In this document: positions 25,704 through 38,242 of the stretch, piece after piece
Numbering within the stretch: the stretch's first letter is position 1
Layout of the letters: every line of letters starts with the position of its first letter
Assembly: GCF_001949145.1 (NCBI RefSeq)
Contig: NW_019091357.1
Span: 872,671 to 936,670, forward strand
Reading direction: 5' to 3'
DNA from: Acanthaster planci
Lineage: Eukaryota
Length of the DNA: 64,000 nucleotides
Made by a program: the position numbers and the translations under genes
Notes under the pieces: generated by a model
What the model saw: only the letters and a program-made list of their open reading frames with translations
Databases searched by the model: none
Told to the model about the DNA's origin: nothing

Positions 25704-28700
25704 TCAAGCATGGTGAGAGGGGTAGCTAAGGTGACTACCTCCTCGGTTAAGCTCCACTTTTGCGTAACCAAGAGCGTCACTCTTCTCTTCGCTGGGAACA
25801 ACAAATAATTCCGCCTGGCCAAAGGAGTGGGACTCCAGCGCCTCATCGTCGCCAGACTCACTCTGAGCTCCATTAATAGCACCCTGATAGACATGTTTCT
25901 CTAGTTCGATCTCTTCCACCAAGGCTTGCTGCAACGACCTACCGCGGGACATCTCTGGCCGGAAGAGCGCCCTGGCGTAGGCGGGGAATTGCGGGACCTG
26001 GTAGGCGCTGCTGGACGACTCGTGCCTGACAGACGCCCGCGGAAGGATAGTGCTATAGTCGGGCTCAGCGTAGTCTCCGCCTAAGCCGTGGTAGTCGTTG
26101 TCGACGGTTGGGGGTCCGCTCCGCACGTCGAAGAAACTGCTCCGTGGCCAGGCGGAGACCACTAAGTCACCGATGACGTCCGGAGGGACGGTCTCCGTCT
26201 CCAGGTTGGCTGGTTTGTTGGCAAGTGCTACAGATGCCTTGTAACGCTCCAAGTGCCTGGAACGGTAGAATAAAATCATAAGAGGCACATTCAACCTAAA
26301 AAAAGACAAAACCATATTTTATAATCTCCTAAATTCTGTCTTTCTTTTCCCCTCAACTGAAGACAAATTGTTAAACAGCTGCAAAAGAAAAAATCTTCTG
26401 TATGGATGATAGCTTTCAGAAAGCAGAAATTTTTATTCTTACTTTTTGTCTTTTCGGCAGGAACAGCACCAGCAAATGGTTATCAGCAGGAAAATCAACA
26501 GGATCAGACCCAGAATGGAGCTAACGGTGACTAGAAATAAGGAAAAGAAACAACAACGTTGGACACTTTGAATCAACGAATGCCTACAGTATTCAACAAA
26601 TTTCTGTTTTAATCCGGTTTCAACATGTTCAAACTTGTTATCTTGTCATATTCCAGCTTGAAAACAACAATTTAGGAATGAAATTAAGTGGAATTACCAT
26701 GGATACGTACTTATTATAAGCAGTTCGGTGGATCCCAATGTGGCTTCGTCATCTGGGCTACCTAATGTCAGAGAGATTTACGACCATCAGTTTTTGAGAA
26801 ACAGTGCAGTCCTTGCTCTATTTTTACATCCCAGCACAAAACACACAAATCGAATTAAAGCAAGAAAAATACGGGCTCTATCTTTTGCCGAGTCAAACGC
26901 ACAAAGAGGTTGAAGTTGGTATAATGTTGGGTGTTTTTTTTACCCCCGAATTGCCTCGTAGAGGGACGATCTAGCTTGTTATCAATTGCTGTCAAAACCA
27001 ACTTAAAGCATCAGAAAACCTTTTGCATTGATTAATAACACCTTATCAAAAGCAACACTTAGTTTTACCTGCATCTGTCGAAACGATGGTTATGGCATCC
27101 TCTGATGTCGTCAGGCTCTCACTCATGGTCCTTGAAATGGACGGCAACGTGGTGGCCACTTCTGTCACGTGATGTGTTGACAAAGGTTTAACCCGAGTCG
27201 TGGCTTGTGGTGGAGCTGTAGTGGAATGTGGAGCGGTCGACTCCACGGGTGTTAAATGTGCTGATGGCGTAGTTGCATACGATGTGGATATAGGTTTTCC
27301 AGTTGATAATGTCGGTACTGTGGCAACCCCTTGTGTCGTTGGATTTGATGTTTCTGGAGTTGTTCCACCAGAGTGGTCTGTTATCGAGGTAGACACTCCA
27401 GTATCGGGTCTGGAGGTCAGTTGTAGAGTAGTTAGCTCTACTGATGTCGCTGATGAGTAACTTGTAGGCTGTGTGGTCGTGGAAGCAGCTTTACTTGTGG
27501 AAACAACAGCAGTAACTTCGCTTGATGTCGTCAGATATTCGGGGCTGGTCACTCGCACTTCTAAATACGGAGACAAATTCTCCAGGGTTACAGATGTGCA
27601 TCAACTACACGGAAACTGCCCATCCCAATTCTACCAGAGCTTTGACGATCCTTTAGAACTAAATCTAATCTGAAAAAAATCTTATTTAAACCAAGTTCAT
27701 AACATAATCTCTTCTGATCGACAGAGAGACGTCTTACGCCCTTAACCCATTTCTAGGTTTAGACTTAGCAGACAACTTTGTAGGTTTCTCATCAAGCCTC
27801 GCTCCGTCTCTGGCTATTCATTTTTGATTCTACAATCAATTTCAAACGTTTACTGCAATGAAAATATAACTGTTGACGTACATGAGACGGTTGATGTCTC
27901 GGTGCAAGAACTTTGTGCCTTATTCTTTCATCGCAGAAGCTAATCTCAAAGCCAGAAGCCCAAACTAAGACGATTCCAAGGTTTAAAAGACACCGTAAGC
28001 CTTACCGACGCACGTGGAGTTAGGTGAAGTCCACAATCCGTTGCTCATGCATACAATTAGTGCTTCGCCGTCAATTTCGTATCCCTCCGCGCAGGACAAA
28101 ATGGCCAAGCCTCGGTACTCGGCCGACAACACAGTGACGTTACCATTTGCTGTTGGCGTCGGTTCTTCACAAGTAATAACTGTTCGGATAAATAGAACAT
28201 CTAGATCAGGAGTTCAGGACTCTTAAAGGAAGTTATAATTTTTATTGCCTGTCCAAACAGAAAACTGAAGACGTACTATGCACAGTGGAACACGTTCAGT
28301 AAGAGAGCGTGCTAAGGTTCGTTGTACACTGTATTACAAATAGGCTAATGATGGATTTTTTTAAAGCCCAAATCAAACTTTTTCCAAATCTAAAAATTAG
28401 TTAAATTTGCTATTCTTAGATCATAAAGAAACCTCTGATTTTGCCTTTACAAGTCATGAGATATGTGAGATATTATATCAAGTTCATTGTGCCATGTTCG
28501 TGTCTTACTATTGCAGGTGGTTGGTAGGCCACTCCAAGTACCGTTGGCCAGACATTCTCTGGACTCAGACCCAGTGAGTTTGTACCCTTCCTCGCACATG
28601 AATTGAATGATATCGCTGGTATTAAAAGTGCCGTACTCAAGCTCAGACCGTGTGCCGTGCAGAGGCACGCCTGGGTCTCCACAGGTGGTGATATTCCTTG

Positions 28701-31700
28701 CATCTGCCAAAAGTTTTCAAATGTGAGATTTTTGGTTGAGAAATAGATGGCACTGAGTCTTGACAAGAACCTGACCACAAACAAGAACCTGACCACAAAC
28801 AAGAACCTGACCACAAACAAGAACCTGACCACAAACAAGAACCTGACCACAAACAAGAACCTGACCACAAACAAGAACCTGACCACAAACAAGAACCTGA
28901 CCACAAACGAGAAACTGACCACAAACNNNNNNNNNNNNNNNNNNNNNNNNNNNNNNNNNNNNNNNNNNNNNNNNNNNNNNNNNNNNNNNNNNNNNNNNNN
29001 NNNNNNNNNNNNNNNNNNNNNNNNNNNNNNNNNNNNNNNNNNNNNNNNNNNNNNNNNNNNNNNNNNNNNNNNNNNNNNNNNNNNNNNNNNNNNNNNNNNN
29101 NNNNNNNNNNNNNNNNNNNNNNNNNNNNNNNNNNNNNNNNNNNNNNNAAGAACCTGACCACATACAAGAACCTGACCACAAACAAGAACCTGACCACAAA
29201 CAAGAACCTGACCACAAACAAGAACCTGACCACAAACAAGAACCTGACCACAAACAAGAACCTGACCACATACAAGAACCTGATCACAAACAATAAGCGC
29301 TCCAGTTCTGCAAGTAATCCGTGACTCTTTCACCCGATAAACTACCACAATGAACTGGCAATGTGACGGTGCTGAAGTATCCATTCGATGATGATGATCC
29401 AGCACTATGACGATAGTAGATGACAGTGTGATGGAAATTTAACCGGTAAAAACGACAATAAACCGGCAATGTAACAAAACTGAAACAATTACATCACTGA
29501 AACAGTAAGAAGAACTAAAACAGGACATATGACGACATCAAAAAGGCGATGTGACGTCACAGAATAGCACCGTACATTTATAGCACGTCAACAGAGCACG
29601 CATTGTCATGGGTGTTAGAAAATGCAAAAAATGAACAGTGAAATTCCCTACCTGAACGACATATGTAATATCTCTGCTGATTCTCGCAAGATATACATTG
29701 CCAATTGTCCATCTGTTGTAAATTGAAATTCATCTCAATGCATTTGACATCCTGTCCAGATGGAAACGAAGGATCACAGCCAGGCTGGTCATCCTTCCAA
29801 AAGGTGTCCTTTACCAATTCACCTGAAAAATACGAAAAAAAAACATGCAGCATTGTCTTTAGAAAAAACCAGGAACAGCTTGAAACAAACTTCAAGAAAT
29901 GTGGGTGACACATCAGGTGATTTTTGGAAAACATTTTGGAAATTTTGGCAATATCTGGTACTCAGTAGTAATTTCTGTCTACCCATAATTCTCACTCACC
30001 GTCTGTCCATCTCCATACACGAGATGTACTGACAGTCCCACCTATCCACCAATGTGTGTTGGTACCTCCGTAGGAACTCATCAAGGCGTTTCTAAGAAAA
30101 TCCTGCAGGCCTTGATCTGTAACTTCCACCAACCATCTATTATTGCTTTTGCAATAATCTCTAGCGCCGTACCAGGTGCGAGAGACCTGGCTGAATTCAA
30201 TGCAATACTTGTCGTAAGCCCCAAAATTAGGAAGACTGGGACATGGCAGGTCTGTTAGGAAAATAATAATTACGGTTCTTCATCAGTTAACTGAACTGAA
30301 TCACGGAGACTTCCACTTGGACAGTGGTTGGGTTGAGGTTTAAGGTGTGAAACCGACTCTCCATAGGCGCACTGGACTCAATTGATCATCTATTCTAGGT
30401 AAATTGCGGTACAGCCCCACCTTTTGTCCATATAGTGTGGAATTCGGAGAAGGAAAAATGACCTTTACTTTGTCTGAAGCTTCACCAAACCCACTGAGTC
30501 CGCTTTATAAATATGCGCCTTACTGAGGGCCCTCTTTTACATAGACTCTAATTACGAAATAGAAACCTCTCCTCAAGCATTTGTTAAACGATACCAAATA
30601 TAGTCGCGACATGTTCGGCGCACGGTGGATGTCAAGACGGTCTTTGACAGTCGTCAGGTGGAACGGCCCCATCAACCGAACCACTGCAAAGCACACGAAT
30701 CAGTGGGAACCATGATCATTCTTTTGGAGTCCAGCTAGCCTTAAATTGACAACAAATCCAGGAAGGATTCCAAAACATTTCACTAATATTTAAACATTTC
30801 AAATGTACTGTCATCAGTATTTCATTCTGCGCGAAGAAAGCGAGTCCACTAGCCGACGCGAAAGCCTTACCAAACTGACATATTGAGTACATCATTCTGG
30901 GATTCACACTTGATCCACAGTTGATATCATTCCATTGGAGGTCACTGCGATCAGGCAGGGCACTCAAATAAAGACAGCCCTCATTATCGACAATGTTCTG
31001 TTCCCCGTCTGCCAGAGTGAAATACTCGATCGGCATCTGACCTGCAGGTATACGGTGTATTGCAACAAAACCAAGTTATGATTTCGGCGGACATAAAAAA
31101 ATGCTGACGTTACAAAAGAAAAAAAAATGCTCAAACACTGACATCGAAACCACCCTGCCAGCCAACGTGCAACACCACTGCCAGATTTTAACTGAACTTT
31201 TTCCATTTACTTACTGCTTTCCCAGATCCAATTAGTGGCTTCTTTCCCGCCAATCCAGTGTTCCCTCGAATCAATTTGAGAAAACAGAAACGTCTGCTCC
31301 TCGCTGTTCTCAACCTTGGCCAACGACCAGCCATTCGCATTGCAGCTCGATTGGGCTTCGCTCCATGACACACCGTTCTCAACCGGGATGAAACAGCTTT
31401 GCGAATCGTACAAGAGACCAGTAGCAGAACAGGCTGGTTTTGTGACATTCAAACAAGAAGAAATCTACATGTACTTGTGAATTGTATACCTCAGTGGCGA
31501 GTAATGGTCGTCCTCTTTAGTTATAAATATTATAATAAATAAATCTGTTTATTGCAACGACCTTTCCTTCACCTTTCTCTGTTCAGGAATACATCGATAG
31601 AGACTGGGATTTTTTTAGAGGCAAACACTAGAATAGATGAACTTTTACCGTAGAAAAATGAAACATTTCTGTTGCCTCTTAAAAACTGAATTACAGATTG

Positions 31701-32924
31701 ATGTAAAAAAAAAATCCGCCAATGGCAACTCGCACAACATTTCTACTAGAAAACGCCTGCATGGGACGTATATCGCCCACCCTTTGCTGTTCAAGAAAGA
31801 GCAAACAATATTTATACATGTATACCGAGGAGGCAGACAGAGAATAGTGAAAACAATGCCGGCACTAGTAGCTCCGATTGAGAATCAAAGAAAAGTGACC
31901 ATTGGGGAGAATCAGTCTTAACACTCACGTAAACACCTGAAGTTCGTCTCTGACCATGTTCCGTCAGGCAGGCATCGCCGCGTGGGGTCTTCATCTCCAC
32001 TGAATCCTTCAAGGCAGGTGTAGGTGATGGTGCCCCCCGTGATGTAACTATCGTGCGCAGGAGTGACAATGCTCCCTGCAGGCGAGTCGGGTGCCAGACA
32101 TCGGATTGCTATGACATTAATGACAGACTACGTTACTCAGAGAAGCCACTGATTTCATCTCTTTGTGTTGATAAAAATTAACGAGTGAGTCTCCAACGGT
32201 TGGATTTCATGGCAGAGCTTTCCTGAATGGTTTAAAGATAAGACGTGCAAACTGACGGTATGCCTTTAAACACTTCTTCAATTGTGATCAGCTCACAGTT
32301 ACTTCTCAGGGTGATATCAACCATTAATAGAGAGAAAACTTAAGAGTTATGCAGCTTGAAAACCGAAGAATAATAAAGGTTATTTGGGAGATGGCATCAT
32401 GTGTATGAAGGGGAGTAATCGACCAATACCTGTGCAGTTTGGCATTGTCTCGCCCCAGCCCTGCCCCGTCTCGAGACACACAGCCACTGACGTCGGTCCT
32501 TGAAGCTCATAGCCTGGCAAGCACTCGCAAACGACGTACTCCAGTCCGTTGGTTTGGTTTGTGTGGCAGGCTACGTTACTGAGAGACTCAGTGGAGTTAC
32601 ACGGGATCGCTGCTGGAAAGAAAACAAGTTTTAAAAAAGAGGTTTTGAATGAAAAAAACAGAAGAGCTAGAACAACACAGACTTTAGGGAAAACATTCAA
32701 GCAACTGCCCGGGACGTTACGAAATTACAAGCAACTTCGAAAGCAGCGTTTAATCAAACTTTACCATAACAAAAGTAAAAACAATATGGAGGTTAAGGAT
32801 TATGCATCAGAGTGGTAAAAAGCATTTCAACTTTGTCAAAAATATTACTCTTACCTTGACTGGCGGTAATCAGGACAAAGAACACAAACAAGGGAAGAAC
32901 TTGGCGATTTCTATAGCTGTCCAT
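25704..32924 (-). CDS. Receptor B: SP-CCP-CCP-CTLD-CTLD-CCP-CCP-mucin stalk-TM-tail with ITAM and ITIM motifs, 13 exons
   Basis: Exons (-): 32855-32924 (Kozak GCCACCATGG, SP), 32430-32612, 31929-32108 (CCP1-2), 31215-31433, 30871-31041 (CTLD1, WIGG, WND), 30000-30251, 29652-29822 (CTLD2), 28509-28703, 28006-28179 (CCP3-4), 27069-27560 (S/T-rich), 26711-26761, 26443-26530 (TM ITVSSILGLILLIFLLITICWCCSC), 25704-26256 (tail). Phase-1 domain introns throughout, frame open. Confidence 0.92.
28763..29293. repeat. 18-bp minisatellite (acaagaacctgaccacaa)n in intron 7 of receptor B, interrupted by gap 28927-29147
   Basis: Near-perfect tandem copies on both sides of the N-run. Confidence 0.95.
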
Positions 32925-35794
32925 GGTGGCCAAAGGAACTCATCAATTACATGTAAAGCTTAGACATCAATCGCACAGCTTGCGTACGGCCGGGTCGCGT
33001 CGATCGAATGCTCTATGAATTGAGTGGTAGGTTCCCCGTAGAACAAACGATCCAATGCGATTTTCACTTAAAAGAGATTCTGTACGCTTCTTCTTGTCGC
33101 TGCTGCGAACGATGTATACGTCAGAAAGGAAATAAAATCATTTTCCTGATAGATGAAAGCCGGTCAGCGTCATGGACAGCTTGTTACCATCAGTCCCCTG
33201 ACCTGACCAATCTTATCACCTCCGACTAACGACAAACATTTTTTTCGATATCCCTATCATGCTTAGCTGTGGGTAAATGACCATGGTTGGTAAGAGTATG
33301 ATAAGACCAACATATAAATTAAAATCAAGCGACGTCTGTCAGATCTTTGGACGGACCCTAGTTCGCCTCTTGGCAACTGATGTATTCCTAGCCTATAGAA
33401 TCTCCACTATTCCGCTCCCAATTACAGGTTCATGATGTCTCAGGTGTTAACACTTTGGTGAGGGGTTTCGTAACTGGTCTAAATTTGGCGTTACTCTCTC
33501 CACTAATAGAGAGATATGGATGCTTGCGATCGAATGACGTTGCCCTGATGCAACTCCCTATAGTACCCAGGCCTGCTGAAGACCAATCTCGAGATATCTC
33601 TGTCCCATGGTTGCGTAAATCTCAATCGTTATTGCTATATTTGAAGGGGAAGGATTCTTCTTCATCCAAATATTGATATGACTTGGTGATAGCGGAATAA
33701 TTTATCTTATAGCGCGATTACAAATTACCCCACAGAATGTATCATTACGCGATAAGGAGCCTTATACAACAGTAAGACCGTGGGGTCATTCTCATTAAAG
33801 ACTTTAAATAAATAGCACATTTTGGCTGACCCAAGAGGAGCAAACATCGGGCATCTTTCATCAGCTGACAATGTTCCGTGGCCTTGCAGTAGCTTTGAAG
33901 TAGTAGTTTGTATAAGTCGCACATGCGCACTCTGACAGGAAAAATGTGGTTCACTCACTGGCATGGATCGGGACCGGGAGACTGAATGTACTAATTGACG
34001 TTTAGCGCCCTCACTCGGCAGCGGAAATAGGTCAGGATTTTGAAGTCCTCTGCATGAGGTCACGTGAGAGTGGGCCGATAAAAGTTTCTTATAACAGGCA
34101 AACACAGAATTCAAAAAATTTTTTTATCGATATCAGATTTAAGTATGAGGTGTGCTCCCAAAACAGAATGACAAAATTTTGTTCGAACAAATTACCCAAC
34201 TATAATTATTTTTAAGACACAGGGTCAGGTACCACGTCCTACAGTGACTTACAATGTAATAAAATTACTGTCTCGATTTTTGAACGCAAAACAGGCATTC
34301 AGTGTTAAGAGGTTGTCTGGGTTTCCTTCACACTCTCTACGACAGCGCCCTCCATTGATCTCATTACTACGGGCAAACAATGCAGACCGATTCCTATTTT
34401 GGGAAGGATCATGGGAGCAAGAGTATTAAACTCTTATGCAACGACGTCGGTTTTCAACCAAACCCTGCTGTAAGGGAATGAACCAACTCGTCGGTGAACA
34501 CTCCATTCTCGATCCATTGAGCAGAATTGCTGGCTTTTGTCATGATTATACCGCCAATTTTTTTCCAGGAACCATGGGGAAGATCGATTGGCCATGACAT
34601 TTCAGTACGTACACAGCGATCGATACTTAGACGAAAACCTATAGCATGAACAAAAGTTTCATTACCAGTTTAAAGAGAAAATAATTGTTATGATAAACGA
34701 AACTGAATAAATGCACAGAACATCCTTCATGTTCATTTACAAAATAGATTTATGGCTAAAATTGTTTTAATTCAAGAAATCCGTAGACCAGATCTAGTTA
34801 TTACACAGCATTTTTAGCATATTGACACTTTCTTTCTTCTGAAACCGAAACCATGGCTCATTTCCTGCATAAATTTCGTCGATGATGTTAGTGATAATTT
34901 TTATCAGGCCAAAGCCAGACATAAATCATACTTAGCGCACAGCAAGTCAAACTGTTTGCGTCCATAGATTGTATGATCATTTGTCATACCCAAGCAAACT
35001 TGTACAGGCCAATTAGTCTGGACGAGTATACATGGCGTCAATTTGAAATATTGCCTGCCGTATGGCTATTACCAAAGTACAGTCAGACGAAATTACTTGG
35101 AAAGTAGGACTAATTATGTGGTAACTATATACCACCTTTAGCGCAGAGTAATATACACGTGACAACCAAGGCCGCACGTACACACACGGTGAGTGGACTG
35201 AACCATCTGAATAGGGGCTACATCTTGTACCGACGTTGGCGGCGCACTACAGCATATTGACGCTCCATGACAACGGTCATAACCCTGCGAGGGCCGGGAG
35301 CGTCATTATTCACCATAGCAACGGCGACGCAGGCCAATAACAAGGGGTGCAACGCGGTGAGTACAGGGGAAGCAATCAATGGTGAGGGGAGACATTATCA
35401 TTGTACGAGGCGTGGAACAAGGACCTTCGATGTATTACATCTTTTTCGATATCACTGCGCGCAATCAGGCTAATACCTGTGCACGATTTCCAGCTTCTAC
35501 TGTTGGTTGATGCCCAACGCACGTTATGAGAGCTACAGTGTAGCTGGCACAGTCAGAGGAAGTCACTGTTTTTGCTTGATACAAAACTACACCAAATCTC
35601 CGGAATACCAGATAAACTGCGCGACGTTAGTGTGTATTATACCTCTCGAACTTTGGACTCTGCTTCGAAAAAGAAGCTCTGTCTGCTTTTACTTAGTTTT
35701 AGCACTTTGCAGTGCAGTGAAGTGTCGCGACAACACGACAACATATTTACGCTAGAGACGTGCGTGGCTACGCAGAGCAGAAATCAGGGAGACG

Positions 35795-38242
35795 ATGGGT
35801 TGTGGTGGGTCTAAGAATGCAGTAACACCCTCAGTCGGGTCTTCTCAGGCCTGGTCCGACCCGCCAGGGAGCAAGCCTGCCTCGGCTGGGTCCAGCAAGA
35901 CCAAGCCTGGCCGGCCAAACTCCAAGCTCATCCGTGTAAAGTCCGGCAGCGGCGGAAGAAAGGAGACGGCGGTGACGGAACTGAAGCGAGACCGGGCTGT
36001 GTCTCGTGAGTCACTCCGGAGCGACACAGGGTCTGCCGGGGTGGTCCGAGGGGTGTCGTCGGCTACCAGTAAGGCGTCGGCACACACCTGCGATAGCGGT
36101 CTGGAGGCCGACTACGGTTACATCATCACAGAAGAATCTGACCCAACGCTCGTAGAGACCGTTATGGACAGGCAACGGCCAAACACACCAGGTAACTTAT
36201 TTGCACGTCTCTTCACACCAAAAGCTCATCGAAAAAAATTACCAAAGCACACCAAAACCCGAGGTCTGATAACAACTTGTATCGAAACATATTAACATGA
36301 CCGAAAACCACAGTAACAGCTAGCTAGCTGTGCATATCATGTGCCTCTCACATTCTCCACTTTTCACGGAAATGCCCTTCACTAAGAAAAACTATTGACC
36401 TTTCAAAAAGAATCTGCGCTCACAAGAGACGGGGAACCAATCGTTTTGTACATGTAGTATTTTCTCCTTCAAGATAATTTTGTTTAAAATAATTTACGTT
36501 TAGGCTTAAAATATCCCGAGTCATAAACGAAATTTCCTTCATCTCGACGCAAGACCATAATTCAAACCAAACAACTATTGTAGATAACATTATTTTCTTT
36601 TATACGACGCTGTGAGGCTGCAAACAAATTCTAGCAGAGCCGACTTATTTAAGTATGCGAGCGTGGCGAAGATAAAAGACTGCTTTGACAACAAGCTTGT
36701 GACGTCGTTGTAGCTATTGTGTTTAGTCAATCAGATTACGTTACGAGCCACTGAGCAAGAGGTACCTGAAGGCTTTGAATATTCATCTCTTTTACTAACT
36801 GAATACCTGGGTGGCATAAAAGCAGCCATGCACTGTGACAAAACTGACCCAATTAAGGCCTAGTAAATCCATTCAACAGTAAACTGGGTTGCCTTTGGTA
36901 TTAGCCGTGCGTATTCCAAGGCAAATGGCTTTCTTTCGTTCACACAGAAGCTCGAATTTTTAAGCAACAAAAAGATTAACAGCAAGTTAACAACAACTGC
37001 ATCATGCCTGTTACTGTGATTTTCTTATTAAAAGAATATTTTGGGGTAAAAGCTTTTTATTTTGGACGTGATTTTTAGACTTAATTAAGGGCGTACTGTA
37101 CTCCCTTCCATATCACAAAAATTTGCTCCAAACCAACTTCGTTTTCTCTAAGGCAAGACAGCAATAATTGTTCTCACAACCGTTTCTGTTTTGTTCCTCT
37201 CGAATGAACCACAGACTTGACCCTCCACGGTACTCAAATCTCCTGCCGTAAGCGTAGTGGCAAGGCTCGCACCGACCAAGACATCATCAAGGAACTCAAG
37301 ACTCAAGGCCTACTATCCAAGCCTGTGGCTGGCCATAGCGGCATGGCCTTCGACGTCATGATCGCCCCAGACTTCGGCATGCTCAAGAAGCCGCCGGCAC
37401 GCCTGGCCAAGCTCAAGAAGAAAAAGACCAAGAAGAGAACGCTGACCAAGGAGGAATTGGAGGCCAAGTTGAAAAAGGCCGAGGAGAGAAGAAGGGTAAA
37501 AATGATACAGTTGCTTTCCTAAATTTGCTATTGAAATAAGAACAACATCAACATCAGAATAACACCAACAGTTGATTTAAAAACAAAAAAAATCCACCAA
37601 GACAAGGCTGTAGAAGGCAACTTTGTTGGACAATTTCCGCAAGCTTTGACTAGTAACTTGAGTAACTCAGTCACATTTGTCATTAGTTGTAGAGGGCTTT
37701 TGCCGAATGAGAACAGTTCTCTTTCTTTAAACAGCTTATCAATAATACCAGAGCAACGTCTACATAAGAACGTATGATTGTGCTGAACATAAGGGCAATA
37801 TCATTTTGCACTTCGTGCTGAAAAAAATGAACGCGAATGAACAATCTTCAATTACCGCTTTTTTCGACTAACTAGTCTTAACAGTCTTAATCGAACGGTT
37901 ACTGATGGTTATTCCGTTTTTCTCATAATTTAACAGTTGAAGGAAGCTCAGAAAATCGAGAAACTCAACACAACAGCTAAGGAGAAACATGTCCACGAAT
38001 CCCTGGATGCTTCAGAGGAGGCGCAGAAGAGAGAAGTAGCCATCAAGAACGCCAGTGACATGGAAAGGGTGGCGGAGAACAAGGAGGCCCGCCTACAAGC
38101 CATGAAGGAGAAACAAGAAAAGAGGAAAGCACACGCAGAGAAGGTGCGTCTAGCCAGGCTGGCCAGGCAAGCCGCGGGGGCACCGACGCAGGAGACAGAT
38201 GCTACGGACGGCGTAGCCGAAGATGAAGCATCCGCCGTCTGA
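35795..38242 (+). CDS. STMND1: Stathmin domain-containing protein 1-like, 3 exons
   Basis: Exons 35795-36191, 37215-37495, 37937-38242, phase-consistent. N-terminal MGCGGS (myristoylation/palmitoylation type); DIIKELKTQGLL..GMAFDVMI..LKKPPARLAKLKKKK..LTKEELEAKLKKAEERR is the STMND1/stathmin-type signature; coiled-coil C-terminus. Confidence 0.82.

Noticed and set aside
28473..29405. Long periodic ORFs (VLVCGQ, FVVRFL repeats) and a CRISPR-like appearance
   Set aside because: Pure 18-bp tandem repeat with no spacers, plus an N-gap, inside an intron.
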